A stretch of DNA of 64,000 bases from Candidatus Omnitrophota bacterium. Its GTDB lineage: Bacteria > Omnitrophota > Gorgyraeia > Duberdicusellales > 4484-171. Where the stretch lies: the NCBI GenBank assembly GCA_037146775.1, contig JBAWWL010000002.1, positions 134,554 to 198,553 on the forward strand, read 5' to 3'. This document shows, piece after piece, positions 1 through 10,616 of this stretch. The first letter of the stretch is position 1; the number at the start of each line of letters is the position of its first letter. The translations under genes were made by a program, and so were the position numbers. The notes under the pieces are model-generated. The model saw nothing but the letters and a program-made list of their open reading frames with translations, searched no databases and had not been told where the DNA came from.

Positions 1-1
1 T

Positions 2-295
2 AACGAGGCTTCAAAAATTACTCCTAATCCAGCATACGTTATACACGATCGTGGGATGGCTTATCTGCATAAAGGAGAATTTGATAAAGCTATTTCTGAT
101 CTTAGTAAAGCTATGGAAATGAGTCCAAATGAAAAAGATTTTATAGCTCAATGTTATAATGATCGAGGAAATGCTTATTATGATTCCGAACAGTATGAAA
201 AAAGTTGGCAAGATGTACAAAAAGCAATAGAATTAGGTTATAAAGTTCATCCGGGATTTATCGCAGCGCTAAAGAGTAAAGGTTATTCAAAATAA
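2..295 (+). CDS. TPR-repeat protein, C-terminal part (5' end outside window)
   Basis: Frame open from base 2; TPR motifs DRGMAYLHKGEFDKAISDLSKA and YNDRGNAYYDSEQYEK. Confidence 0.85.
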   Translation, partial: NEASKITPNPAYVIHDRGMAYLHKGEFDKAISDLSKAMEMSPNEKDFIAQCYNDRGNAYYDSEQYEKSWQDVQKAIELGYKVHPGFIAALKSKGYSK

Positions 296-360
296 TTCAA
301 CTTTTTATAAACAATTATTCAGATAATTTTCCGCCGAAGACAATCGGATAAAACAGACCC

Positions 361-386
361 CCCTTCGCTAAAGCTTCGGAGGGCAG
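361..386. repeat. short REP-like palindrome CCCTTCGCTAAAGCTTCGGAGGG
   Basis: Imperfect GC-rich intergenic hairpin resembling dispersed REP-type repeats. Confidence 0.45.
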
Positions 387-408
387 GTACCCTTTGGCGA
401 GGGGCAAG

Positions 409-515
409 CTTCTATACCCCAAACATCTTGCTATAACGCCACATAAGCAATATAATTCTTTTATATAAATACAGAGAGGTTTCTTCTTGGCTCAAACGTG
501 AGGGGCTCCATATTT
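409..515 (+). promoter_or_regulatory. repeated promoter-hairpin module, copy A
   Basis: TTGCTA(428)-N17-TATAAT(451), then GAGAGGTTTCT; closely similar to copy B. Confidence 0.75.
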
Positions 516-564
516 TCTAGCGTTGTAAAGTGAGTTATGTATATGTTTTTCCGACAGGAGTAAC

Positions 565-1227
565 ATGAGAAGAGTAAGCGTAGCGTTGATCAACTTGGCG
601 CTGTTACTATCTATTAGTGCTGGTGCCACGTTTGCCCAAGAAGGCTTGGCCGTTAGTGGTGAGGATGCCCGGCAGAAATTGTTCGATGGCAACAAACGGT
701 ATGTTGATGCGAAACTATCGCGTCCAAACCAGACAGCTCAACGCCGTACTGAAGTTGCCAAAGGACAGCGTCCCTTTGCGGCTATCTTGAGCTGTTCTGA
801 TTCGCGAGTACCTCCGGAGATTATCTTTGACCAAGGTTTAGGCGATCTATTTGTTATTCGGTTGGCTGGTAACGTTGTGGATGATGCGGTTTTGGGTAGT
901 CTTGAATATGCGGTGGATCACTTGGGAATAAGATACATAATGGTCCTTGGACACGAACGATGTGGCGCTGTGGATGCCACGGTCAAGGGTGGCCAGATCC
1001 AGGGACATATCAGCGGTATTGTGAAAGCCATCGAACCTGCCTTGGAAAAAGTCAAGAACCTGCCTGGCGATGTGTTGGACAACGCCGTCAGGGCCAATGT
1101 TTCTATGGTCGTTCAGCAATTGAAGTCTTCGGGACCGATATTAGAAGAATCGGTCAAAAAAGGTGCTTTGGTTATTGACGGCGCCCGCTATGATCTGGAC
1201 GATGGGAAGGTCACAGCCATCCCTTAG
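565..1227 (+). CDS. beta-class carbonic anhydrase, exported
   Basis: CSDSRV, GDLFVIRLAGN and LGHERCGAV zinc motifs; N-terminal signal peptide. Confidence 0.95.
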   Translation: MRRVSVALINLALLLSISAGATFAQEGLAVSGEDARQKLFDGNKRYVDAKLSRPNQTAQRRTEVAKGQRPFAAILSCSDSRVPPEIIFDQGLGDLFVIRLAGNVVDDAVLGSLEYAVDHLGIRYIMVLGHERCGAVDATVKGGQIQGHISGIVKAIEPALEKVKNLPGDVLDNAVRANVSMVVQQLKSSGPILEESVKKGALVIDGARYDLDDGKVTAIP

Positions 1228-1282
1228 TTCTTGCAAGACAGATAAATTAAGCGAGCTTACCTTCCGGTAGACAGGGAATTAT

Positions 1283-1400
1283 CTCTCTAAATCCCCAAAT
1301 GTCTTGTCATAACGTCATGTTATCTATATAATTCTTTTATATAGATATGTAGAGGTTTTCTCTCGTGGAATATGAGAGAAACCTCAAATGATTTTTTTCC
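1283..1400 (+). promoter_or_regulatory. repeated promoter-hairpin module, copy B
   Basis: TTGTCA(1304)-N17-TATAAT(1327); hairpin GAGGTTTTCTCTC(1352-1364)/GAGAGAAACCTC(1374-1385) followed by a T run. Confidence 0.8.
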
Positions 1401-1452
1401 TTCGACATATAAAATAACATAAGGCAACTAATGGAAGCGAGGTGAAATTAAA

Positions 1453-1791
1453 ATGAAAAAATTAATACCCTTATTGATCGTAATAATTGCTATCATTTCG
1501 CCAATAAAAACTTTTCCGGACGCAGGAGATCCTTTACCGATTCCAAATATTTCTGCAACGGAAGCAATCAACCTAGCAAACCAATATTTTAAAGTACTTT
1601 TGAGCGATTCTAAAATTAAAGCCGAAGATTGTATATTATTATCTGCAGAGTGGACAAACCATTATCGTGATAGTTACTATGAGGAATGGTCGTGGATAGT
1701 TCGTTTTGTTCACCCAATTCATAATGATGTGAGCTGGACATTTAAGGTAACAAATACAAGGAAAGTAATAACGATTGAACATACTGTATAA
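1453..1791 (+). CDS. hypothetical exported protein
   Basis: RBS GAGGTG, signal-peptide-like N-terminus, 112 aa. Confidence 0.7.
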   Translation: MKKLIPLLIVIIAIISPIKTFPDAGDPLPIPNISATEAINLANQYFKVLLSDSKIKAEDCILLSAEWTNHYRDSYYEEWSWIVRFVHPIHNDVSWTFKVTNTRKVITIEHTV

Positions 1792-1888
1792 GTTTGCTAA
1801 TAATGTTATTATCGAACCCATTCTTGTATTTCATTTTTGCGCAAAAATTTTGAAAACCGAAGGACAAGAACTAATTAGGTATGTATAA

Positions 1889-2701
1889 ATGCCAAGCGTT
1901 AGAATAAATAATATAGATTGTTATTACGAAATTCACGGCTCTGGTCACCCCCTTGTTCTTATTGCCGGTCTTGCCAGCGATAGCCAGAGTTGGCAGCCAA
2001 TAATTGGCGGTTTAGAAAAATATTTTAAAGTAGTTGTTTTTGATAATCGCGGTATCGGCAGAACGCTATATCCTCAGGAAAACTTTCAGATTTCTGCATT
2101 AGCCCTTGATACGGTTTGTTTACTTGATGAATTGGCGATTGAGAAGGCAGACATTTTGGGTCATTCTATGGGCGGATACATTGCACAAGAAATAGCGATA
2201 GAATATCCGGAAAGAGTAAATAAATTGATTCTGGCAAGTACCTGCGCCGCCACCTCACAAAAGAACAAGTCTATATTTGACGATTTGCTTAAGATTTTAG
2301 AGAACGGGAAAAACTACGAATTATTCATCCGAAAATTCCTGAACTTGATTTTTACTCCTGAATACCTTAGCAACAAAGAAAATATCGAATCGGCCGTAAG
2401 GGCTGCCTTAGATTACCCTTTCCCGGTGACTCTGGAGGGGCTCAGACTACAGGTGGAGGCTTTGAACAATTTTAGTTCGCAAGACAGGTTACACAAGATA
2501 AAGTCAGCAACTTTATTGATGTCAGGTAGAAAAGATATTTTAGTTACCCCCGAAGAGGCTTTAGTTTTGGCAGATAAGATACCTTTCGTCAAAACTCTGT
2601 ATCTGGAAAATGCGGCTCATTCCTTTCAGGTTGAGCAGCCGGACTTTTTCGTTGATCACACGCTTACGTTTTTGTTGCAAAGAAAGATTCAGGGGGTATA
2701 G
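1889..2701 (+). CDS. alpha/beta fold hydrolase
   Basis: DNRGIGRT, GHSMGG nucleophile elbow, C-terminal AAH. Confidence 0.93.
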   Translation: MPSVRINNIDCYYEIHGSGHPLVLIAGLASDSQSWQPIIGGLEKYFKVVVFDNRGIGRTLYPQENFQISALALDTVCLLDELAIEKADILGHSMGGYIAQEIAIEYPERVNKLILASTCAATSQKNKSIFDDLLKILENGKNYELFIRKFLNLIFTPEYLSNKENIESAVRAALDYPFPVTLEGLRLQVEALNNFSSQDRLHKIKSATLLMSGRKDILVTPEEALVLADKIPFVKTLYLENAAHSFQVEQPDFFVDHTLTFLLQRKIQGV

Positions 2702-2736
2702 CGTATAATTACCCTAATAGAAATAAGGAGGTAGAA

Positions 2737-4599
2737 ATGTTTAAGGGTTTTATTGTCATATTTTTCCTGGCAAGTTGTCTTTTTGGAACAGCGTTATTCG
2801 CTGATACTATAAATACCACCGTTACCATGGAGGCAACAAACATTACGCCACCAAACCCTACAGTGGCAAGCCAGTTTACAATACGCGGCCGCATCACCAA
2901 TACTGGCGAAACAGATATACCTGAAGGCAGCCAGTTTGGTTATGGCTATGATTATACTAATACTTCCGGACGTGGTTTGAGCGGGAGATCGGGGGCCAGC
3001 ACCACGCATGCTTTGCGTAGGGGCGAGTCCTTTGAAGTTGAGTTCCGTGGCACGATTATGGAACCCGGCGATTGTATCCTACGCGTGCAAGAATTAACCA
3101 TAAAGGACCGTAACCAGAGTAACGTTATTAATCCTGTCCCGAACCCTTTAAGATATGGATTTCGGGTTGAGCCAGCGCCTGTAGATTTATCTATAGATCA
3201 GGTTAATGTAAATCCAGCCCATCCTCAGTCAGGCGATAGGGTGGAAATAAACGGATTTATAAAAAATGACAGTGCTATTGGCGTGTCTAATGTTGTAGGC
3301 CGCATGGAACTTTTAAAGGATAACCAGCGGGTCAGTAATTGGCCTGACACTCAGCCTTCAAATATAGCAGCAAGAGGTAGCTTGAGGGTGATGAATTCAT
3401 ACCCCAACATTGAAGCAGGCAATTACACGGTCAGGCTTACCGCAGATCCTGCCAATTCTCTTAACGATACAAATAGAAACAACAATGTGAAGGAAATAAG
3501 CTTTAACATACAGGCAGTACAGCCGCGTGCAGGTTCAGCTACCATGGAGGCAACAAACATTACGCCACCAAATCCTACAGTGGCAAGCCAGTTTACAATA
3601 CGCGGCCGCATCACCAATACTGGCGAAACAGATATACCTGAAGGCAGCCAGTTTGGTTATGGCTATGATTATACTAATACTTCCGGACGTGGTTTGAGCG
3701 GGAGATCGGGGGCCAGCACCACGCATGCTTTGCGTAGGGGCGAGTCCTTTGAAGTTGAGTTCCGTGGCACGATTATGGAACCCGGCGATTGTATCCTACG
3801 CGTGCAAGAATTAACCATAAAGGACCGTAACCAGAGTAACGTTATTAATCCTGTCCCGAACCCTTTAAGATATGGATTTCGGGTTGAGCCAGCGCCTGTA
3901 GATTTATCTATAGATCAGGTTAATGTAAATCCAGCCCATCCTCAGTCAGGCGATAGGGTGGAAATAAACGGATTTATAAAAAATGACAGTGCTATTGGCG
4001 TGTCTAATGTTGTAGGCCGCATGGAACTTTTAAAGGATAACCAGCGGGTCAGTAATTGGCCTGACACTCAGCCTTCAAATATAGCAGCAAGAGGTAGCTT
4101 GAGGGTGATGAATTCATACCCCAACATTGAAGCAGGCAATTACACGGTCAGGCTTACCGCAGATCCTGCCAATTCTCTTAACGATACAAATAGAAACAAC
4201 AATGTGAAGGAAATAAGCTTTAACATACAGGCAGTACAGCCGTCAGATCTTGTAGTAAAAACCATTAACATTGAGGCTAATACAGTTAAATATGGTGTTG
4301 GTAGTTGGGTTACTTTTACGGTAAAGAACGAAGGCCAAGGCCCGGTGGTTGGCTCGATATTTCTACAAAAAGAAGTAACTAAAGACGGAGCTATGCTCGC
4401 TAAAAGCGGCTATTTTGAGATTCAAGGAGGGCTTGCTCCAGGTGAAGAAAAGGCACATCGTTTCAAGGTCGGGCACGATAGCACTTGGTCTGTAGGTAAT
4501 TATACTTTGCGGGTGGTTGCTGATTATCGCAACCAAGTCAGAGAGGCTTCAGAGAATAACAATTTATCAGAGGCTATTCAGTTTAGCGTGGTAAAGTAG
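2737..4599 (+). CDS. secreted CARDB/Ig-like domain protein with an internal duplication
   Basis: Signal peptide; CARDB-like motifs ADPANSLNDTNRNNN and ADYRNQVREASENNN. Confidence 0.85.
   Translation: MFKGFIVIFFLASCLFGTALFADTINTTVTMEATNITPPNPTVASQFTIRGRITNTGETDIPEGSQFGYGYDYTNTSGRGLSGRSGASTTHALRRGESFEVEFRGTIMEPGDCILRVQELTIKDRNQSNVINPVPNPLRYGFRVEPAPVDLSIDQVNVNPAHPQSGDRVEINGFIKNDSAIGVSNVVGRMELLKDNQRVSNWPDTQPSNIAARGSLRVMNSYPNIEAGNYTVRLTADPANSLNDTNRNNNVKEISFNIQAVQPRAGSATMEATNITPPNPTVASQFTIRGRITNTGETDIPEGSQFGYGYDYTNTSGRGLSGRSGASTTHALRRGESFEVEFRGTIMEPGDCILRVQELTIKDRNQSNVINPVPNPLRYGFRVEPAPVDLSIDQVNVNPAHPQSGDRVEINGFIKNDSAIGVSNVVGRMELLKDNQRVSNWPDTQPSNIAARGSLRVMNSYPNIEAGNYTVRLTADPANSLNDTNRNNNVKEISFNIQAVQPSDLVVKTINIEANTVKYGVGSWVTFTVKNEGQGPVVGSIFLQKEVTKDGAMLAKSGYFEIQGGLAPGEEKAHRFKVGHDSTWSVGNYTLRVVADYRNQVREASENNNLSEAIQFSVVK
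2823..4242 (+). repeat. near-perfect 703-bp direct repeat (2823-3525 / 3540-4242, period 717 bp)
   Basis: Copies read identical apart from one synonymous change seen (AAC/AAT at 2856/3573). Confidence 0.95.
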
Positions 4600-4786
4600 G
4601 TTAAGGAGATGGTCTCCACATAATGAAGAGATAGCTTTTAAGAAAAGAAAGAAAAAATAGATCGGTTATAAAATTGCAGCCATCACTGGTGGCTGTGCCT
4701 ACCCGGAAGCAACATCAGAATAGCAAGAAATTAACCAAAAAGCATTGACTACGTTAGTCTATATTGCTAAAATTGAAATTAATAAG

Positions 4787-6580
4787 ATGCAAAATAGCTT
4801 AAAAGTAGGCTTCAACAGAAATGGGGCTATATTTATTTTAAGCCTCCTTTCGTTCTTGTACGTAATTCCTGCTTATTCGGCAAAAGTATTTTGTTTAGCG
4901 CAACTTTTACCTTCAACCAATAATTATTATAACTCTTCAGTGCCTACGGTTGATCCGGCAATACCAGCCAATTCTTTTAGTCTGTCTAAACGTTGGAATG
5001 ATCTTTTCGATTTTTCTTCTTACGGAGAATACGGAAAGGAACGCTCTGGCCGAATAAGCGGTGCGTTCAGCCAGGAGATCGATTGGCAGAATATTGGCGG
5101 CAATCACACCAAGTCATTTTTAACGCAAGGCATGGATTACCTTAGTGAGTTACATGTTAACATTCAGGAAAAGCTCTGGTCGGATTATAATTTTGAGAGC
5201 CGGTTTTTCATAAGAAAAACCGATAATAAATATATAGATCCGAGAAGAGACGCCCGGCTTAAGGAGTTTAACTTAAGAGTCCTTAATTCCAATAGCCTTT
5301 ATGAGCTGGGAAATATCTATGCGGATTTTAGCCAATTTGTCTTGGGTTCAAGTCTTGAAGGCTACAATATTCAAATAGCGCCGAATAGTTTTCAAAAATA
5401 TTATGTAATCGCGGCCCGCGAACACCCGGCAGACGAATCCGCCGCAAAATTTCAAAGGAATTTTTTTGGCGGTAAGGCAGATTTTTTTCTTTTTAAAGAC
5501 TCGAATATTTTTTCTAATTTTAGAGTTGGCCTACAAGGGGGCGCAACTCGTGATGATGGCGCTACCTTAGAACATACTATTTATACCCAAGAACTGCGCA
5601 ATCTCGTCGGTAGTATTGACGGTGAAATATCCTTTATAAAAATATTCTCTTTACAGTACGAAATCGCGCGCAGTGGTTATGTTGCGGATTATCTTGCCCA
5701 GAGTAAGAATTATAATTCCGGCACAGCCTTTAGGGTTCAGCCGGCGTTAAATTTTGATAAATTTTCCGTCCGCTACTTATATTACTATGTCCAGCCGGAG
5801 TTTTATACTAATTTCGGTTCCGCTTCTGCGGATAAAAGACAGCAACAAGTTACGGTTGACTACCGTTTTAACGATAAAGCGGATTGCAGTTTTATTGAGA
5901 ATTATTATTATGATCGCCTTGCGGATAGCTTGCGGGACAAAAGAACCGTTAATAACGAAAAATATCTTAATTTTAATTTCCGGCCATTTACCAGCCGCAG
6001 AGATCTTAACCTGCGACCTTACATCAATTATCTTAGCACATATTCCGATGATGACCGGAATTCCTTAAAATCAAAAACAAAAACGGTTGGGTTTTCCGTG
6101 AATGATACTTTAAGTGGGAAGACGACTTACGGCCTAAACTATGAATACCGTGCATTTGAAGACGGCGCTAACGATAAGGCAATGTCAGAATGGTTCCAGC
6201 GCGTAGGTGTCAATTTAGGTAATGAACAGCAGCTTTTAAATAGAAGGTTGTACTACTATGTCGAACCAAGCATGGACATCCGCAGGACTAAAACCGATGA
6301 CGATAAAGATATAAATTTTATCTTGTCTTTTAGTGGCCAATACGACATGTATAATAATCTGATTACGCGTTTTGGCTATAACTTACAGAATACCGACAGT
6401 GCCGTCCCCGATCAGGATTTTGTAAATAACCGTAGTTTCTTTGAATTCGATTTTCTACTTTCTCAAAAAAGATCAACGCATGTTGTGTTCAGGGCTGAAA
6501 GAAACTGGTTTAAATACGATGATAGCGCACAGGATTATAATGAGACAAGAACAATCCTTAAATTCATCACTAATTTTTAA
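4787..6580 (+). CDS. probable outer-membrane beta-barrel protein
   Basis: Alternating aromatic beta strands, C-terminal Phe; ATG at 4787 preferred over TTG at 4745. Confidence 0.7.
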   Translation: MQNSLKVGFNRNGAIFILSLLSFLYVIPAYSAKVFCLAQLLPSTNNYYNSSVPTVDPAIPANSFSLSKRWNDLFDFSSYGEYGKERSGRISGAFSQEIDWQNIGGNHTKSFLTQGMDYLSELHVNIQEKLWSDYNFESRFFIRKTDNKYIDPRRDARLKEFNLRVLNSNSLYELGNIYADFSQFVLGSSLEGYNIQIAPNSFQKYYVIAAREHPADESAAKFQRNFFGGKADFFLFKDSNIFSNFRVGLQGGATRDDGATLEHTIYTQELRNLVGSIDGEISFIKIFSLQYEIARSGYVADYLAQSKNYNSGTAFRVQPALNFDKFSVRYLYYYVQPEFYTNFGSASADKRQQQVTVDYRFNDKADCSFIENYYYDRLADSLRDKRTVNNEKYLNFNFRPFTSRRDLNLRPYINYLSTYSDDDRNSLKSKTKTVGFSVNDTLSGKTTYGLNYEYRAFEDGANDKAMSEWFQRVGVNLGNEQQLLNRRLYYYVEPSMDIRRTKTDDDKDINFILSFSGQYDMYNNLITRFGYNLQNTDSAVPDQDFVNNRSFFEFDFLLSQKRSTHVVFRAERNWFKYDDSAQDYNETRTILKFITNF

Positions 6581-7049
6581 GAAGACAAGTTTCTGTAGAA
6601 AGATTTTTTATACTTTACTGCTTTATGCCTTTATGTTTATTGTGGGCTGTGCGAATGTTAATTCTCAAGAGACACAGTCAGGCAGTTATGCCGAAAATCC
6701 TTATGCGTTGGCAGATAGCTTACTGACGAAGGTATTTTCTGTTTATCAGAATTATACGCGCGATGGATTTGAACGGCTTGTTTCGCAGGATTTTAACCCG
6801 ATAAGAAGCGAATTTATTGATACCGTGGAAAAAAGTTTTTATGCAGGTAATATTTTGGAAATGCATTGTTTTACAGATAAAGCCCTATTGAGTAGCGATA
6901 AGCTCTCTGTAAACTTTAAATGGCAGAAAAAAATGCTTCCTTACGGCACAAAAGAGGTTGCTCTCCTAACGGGTGCTGCAAATTTTGTATTTAAGCATGA
7001 AAACGGCAGTTGGCGTATTTATCAAGTGAGCGGCGACAGTCCATTTTAG
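6540..7049 (+). CDS. putative lipoprotein, NTF2-like fold
   Basis: Lipobox FIVGC; C-terminal FKHENGSWRI typical of NTF2-like folds; start uncertain. Confidence 0.6.
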   Translation: MRQEQSLNSSLIFKKTSFCRKIFYTLLLYAFMFIVGCANVNSQETQSGSYAENPYALADSLLTKVFSVYQNYTRDGFERLVSQDFNPIRSEFIDTVEKSFYAGNILEMHCFTDKALLSSDKLSVNFKWQKKMLPYGTKEVALLTGAANFVFKHENGSWRIYQVSGDSPF

Positions 7050-7061
7050 CAAGGAAAGCGA

Positions 7062-8372
7062 ATGAAAAAGTTAAAACTAATTTTTATTATTGGAATTTTT
7101 TCGGCCTTACCGGTATGTTTTTCTCAAGCAGTTCTTGGCGCAGAGACTTCCAATAGCTATGATTACAGGGTTCTTAATCCCCGTTTAAATAGTTATTCTT
7201 TGGCGTCAGCAAGCGGAGAGTTTACCGTTACACAAGACGATCTAAACCAAGGCGTTTTAGAATTTACCGGCCGCCTGAATACTTTGGATAGAATTGATAA
7301 GTTGCTGATTTCCGAAGATGGAGGAATTACATGGAGAGAGCTTAATCTTAACCAGAATATTTCTTATTCTTTTGTCCCTTTACCGGATAAACTATGCCAA
7401 CTAGTTTTAAAGATTAAAACTGTGGATATTCAAGAGGTAGAATTGAAGGTTTTCCCTAATATAAACGGCATTATCTATCGCAACATAGATTATACTAAGT
7501 TAGTGGCAGATACTATCAAAAAAATTGCCGAGGCTTATGAATCAAGAAACTTAAGCATTTTTAACGAATATGTTTCTAGGGATTACCTGGGTAATAAAAC
7601 ACTTCTTTTGGAAGGATTACGCTTTGATTTTGATATGTTTATGGATATTAGTTTAACGATATATATAAATCGGATTGTAAAGATAGGCAATCTATATTCT
7701 ACAGAAATTACCTGGGATAAAATTCAAGTTCCTAGAAAAACCGGCCAACAGCAGAATACCAGCGGTAACACCACGATAGTATTGGCAATGGAAGACGGAA
7801 GGATGAAGATTAAGAATTTAAGGGGTAACCTTATTTGGGCCACGCTTTCGGTGGAAATTGCTCAGGCCAGCGGCTTAAGTCAAAGCGTAGTCGATCAGAT
7901 AAGAGTTGCGTATAACGAACGCAACCCCGTACAGCCGGGCGCAGGGAAAACTGAAGTGAGTGGAGGAGTTACTGCAACAAATGTACAGTCGGGAAATCTT
8001 ACTTTGACGTGTGGTACCGGTTATTCACAAGGATATAAATTTTCTAATAAACAAACCATAACTGAATCTGCAACAATGCCTTTTACTGCTGACTTTATGC
8101 AGGATCACTTACTTGGTACTTTGTTGTATGCTAAATCCGGAAGTGATGGTATATATTCTTTTGGCGCCTGCAGCCTAGACAGTGTTGCTGAAGCGCCGGC
8201 TTCTGGATATGCTAGTTCAGCAACCGCCGTGCAAGGCTATACTTACGCTATCAAAACTTCAGATAATAATTACGCTCTTATACATATAAGCAGCTTAGGG
8301 GCAACGCCTGTTCCTTTTTCAAGTAGCTTTTCTTACAAATACCGCTCCGACGGTTCAAGAAGTTTCAAATAA
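7062..8372 (+). CDS. secreted multidomain protein (central NTF2-like domain)
   Basis: Signal peptide; IAEAYESRNL..YVSRDY..MEDGRMKIK segment. Confidence 0.65.
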   Translation: MKKLKLIFIIGIFSALPVCFSQAVLGAETSNSYDYRVLNPRLNSYSLASASGEFTVTQDDLNQGVLEFTGRLNTLDRIDKLLISEDGGITWRELNLNQNISYSFVPLPDKLCQLVLKIKTVDIQEVELKVFPNINGIIYRNIDYTKLVADTIKKIAEAYESRNLSIFNEYVSRDYLGNKTLLLEGLRFDFDMFMDISLTIYINRIVKIGNLYSTEITWDKIQVPRKTGQQQNTSGNTTIVLAMEDGRMKIKNLRGNLIWATLSVEIAQASGLSQSVVDQIRVAYNERNPVQPGAGKTEVSGGVTATNVQSGNLTLTCGTGYSQGYKFSNKQTITESATMPFTADFMQDHLLGTLLYAKSGSDGIYSFGACSLDSVAEAPASGYASSATAVQGYTYAIKTSDNNYALIHISSLGATPVPFSSSFSYKYRSDGSRSFK

Positions 8373-8508
8373 AGTTACAGAATAGATATTCAGATATCTC
8401 GAGACATGGGTGTTGTCGGGTTATTAAAAAACGATTGATTTAACTTGCCATATATCCAGATACAATATTTACGCCACGCGAGTTTTTAGTTAGGAGTATA
8501 ATAGAAAC

Positions 8509-9423
8509 ATGGTTGATCAAAAGCATAGAGAAAATGGACTACAGATAAGGGCTGTTCATATCTTGAAGATCCTTTCAATTGTCATATTTGTTATTACCTT
8601 GGCCGCCGGTATCATCTCGGATTCCATGGCGCTCCTTTTGGATGCTTCTACCGAATTTATAATAGTATTCATGTCATTTTTTATCCATTCCAACATTCGG
8701 AAGATAGAAAAACCGCCGGACCAATTTTTCCATTTCGGATACGATAAACTTGAACCCTTTACCGTGGTGATGCAGGGTACCATGATAATGCTTTCCTGTG
8801 TTGTCGCTTCGTATTTCGCCATCCAGGATATTGTACACGCAGAAAATATAGACCGTTACGACATCCCGATATATGCCTCCGTAATTTCAGGTCTTATTGC
8901 GTTGTTCACCGCATTTTACATTAACAAGGTATCTTCCAGGACGCGCTCGCACATGCTAAAAACTTCCGCCCTCCATTGTTTCGTCGACAGCGTACTCTCT
9001 TTTGGCATGGCAGCAGGATTTACTCTCGGCCTATATATGCACTGGAGGGGTTACACTCATTTAACTCCCTACGTAGATCCCGTTATGACGTTAATATTAG
9101 CGGTTATGCTCGTATGGACCCCTGTGAAACTGATCAGAAGCGGCATGCATCAACTTCTCGATGCTGTGCCCGCAAAGGATGTCCGTGATTCGATAGAAAA
9201 GATAGCCGAAAGGCACAAGGCCAAAGCGTTTGGCATCCACAGTATACGCATGAGGAAAGCGGGTGAGCGGGTGTTCCTTTATATCTGTTTCGAGATCCAT
9301 GGCCATACGACGATGAACCAGGCGCAGGAGTTCGTAAGAGCTTTTGAAGATGATATCTCAAAGAATTTTCCAAAATATGATGTCATCGTATATTTTTACC
9401 CGGCGGCCGGCCGTCCTCAATAA
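8509..9423 (+). CDS. cation diffusion facilitator (CDF) transporter
   Basis: PPDQFFHFGYDKLE, ALHCFVD, YVDP, LLDA and IRMRKAG motifs. Confidence 0.92.
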   Translation: MVDQKHRENGLQIRAVHILKILSIVIFVITLAAGIISDSMALLLDASTEFIIVFMSFFIHSNIRKIEKPPDQFFHFGYDKLEPFTVVMQGTMIMLSCVVASYFAIQDIVHAENIDRYDIPIYASVISGLIALFTAFYINKVSSRTRSHMLKTSALHCFVDSVLSFGMAAGFTLGLYMHWRGYTHLTPYVDPVMTLILAVMLVWTPVKLIRSGMHQLLDAVPAKDVRDSIEKIAERHKAKAFGIHSIRMRKAGERVFLYICFEIHGHTTMNQAQEFVRAFEDDISKNFPKYDVIVYFYPAAGRPQ

Positions 9424-9425
9424 AC

Positions 9426-9545
9426 CTTTCTAAGATCCAAAATTCGTTTGTTTCTATCAATAGTTGGTTTATAATTGATACTTGTGTATGGTAGAGAGGT
9501 TTTCTCTCGGTTTAACGATGAAAGATCTCAAAGTATTTTTTAAAT
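9426..9545 (+). promoter_or_regulatory. repeated promoter-hairpin module, copy C
   Basis: TTTCTAA, TATAATTG(9470), GAGAGGTTTTCTCTCGG, ..TCTCAAAGTATTTTTT. Confidence 0.75.
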
Positions 9546-9598
9546 TCGGAGTTGGCTCTATGCTAAGTAGTTCCGATTATAAAAGAGGAGGTAGGTAA

Positions 9599-10477
9599 AT
9601 GGAAAAATCAAGGACGGACAATAACAAAGCTTTTTTCCCTTTGGGGATGAAGCGAGGACAGAAAATTTTGATATGGGGAATATTACTTTCCCTGCTGGCG
9701 TATTGTTATATCATTGTCAAGGTGGGTTTCAAGGATTTCATTAACCTTCCCGCTATTCCATTTGATAATTACGGCGGCAGATTTATCCCCCCATTGCTAG
9801 CTATTTATTTATATTTTGCTTATACGAGAGGATGGAAGAGCATGCTTATCGTGGTTATGTTTACTTATATCTATGTTGTTCTGGCGGAGGAATTAAGTAT
9901 TTATACGGGTTTTCCTTTTGGGAACTATTACTATACTATTGGACCAAAACTGGATAAAGTGCCGGTTATCTTGGGTTTAATCTGGTTCTATTACTTTGTG
10001 TTTCCGTGTTACTTTGTTTCCAAGCTTATTGTGGAAGGTAAACCGTTCGGGCTCACTAAGGGGACGGGGAAACTCATTTTTACCGCGTTTATTGGTGGCA
10101 TACTGGCAGCTGGAATTGATATGGTGATTGATCCGGTTTTAGCCACTAGATTTGGCGAGTGGGTGTGGACAAGTAATTCTCATACAGGCTACTATGGTAT
10201 ACCTTATATCAATTACCTGGGTTATGTGATCGTTCTGATTCCGGCGTATTTTCTTATTGGGCTTCTGGAGAGAAAACTTAATGCTAAACCCATGGGCCCG
10301 GTAAATTTATTTATTGGGGCGATACCATTATTTTTTTATTTCCAGCTATTCCTTTATTTCGCTTTCCGGGCGCCAAGAGGGGTTTTGCTGGTAGGCTGTT
10401 TTACCATGGGACTACCTTTATTGCTGGCAGCGGATAAGCTGATCAAATATTTTTCCGGTAAACCGCAAACGGACTAA
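9599..10477 (+). CDS. carotenoid biosynthesis (CruF/DUF422-like) membrane protein
   Basis: EELSIYTGFPFGNYYY, D..IDP, W.W..YYGIP..NYLG motifs. Confidence 0.8.
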   Translation: MEKSRTDNNKAFFPLGMKRGQKILIWGILLSLLAYCYIIVKVGFKDFINLPAIPFDNYGGRFIPPLLAIYLYFAYTRGWKSMLIVVMFTYIYVVLAEELSIYTGFPFGNYYYTIGPKLDKVPVILGLIWFYYFVFPCYFVSKLIVEGKPFGLTKGTGKLIFTAFIGGILAAGIDMVIDPVLATRFGEWVWTSNSHTGYYGIPYINYLGYVIVLIPAYFLIGLLERKLNAKPMGPVNLFIGAIPLFFYFQLFLYFAFRAPRGVLLVGCFTMGLPLLLAADKLIKYFSGKPQTD

Positions 10478-10616
10478 TATAATAAATTAAATGGAAGAAG
10501 GCGCTGACGATAATTAGAACTGTTTTAGCAGTTAGCTGTTTAGCTCTCATCTATTCTTTGCCGATTTTGGCCGACAACACACAAGACTATATTAATCTGT
10601 GAAAGAGGAGGAATCC

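Noticed and set aside
1832-1850. Palindrome ATTTTTGCGCAAAAAT
   Set aside because: Single AT-rich occurrence with no second copy or linked regulator seen.
10490-10600. Separate gene before the DUF3313-like lipoprotein
   Set aside because: Reads like a signal-peptide remnant without an intact start or frame; too short to call.
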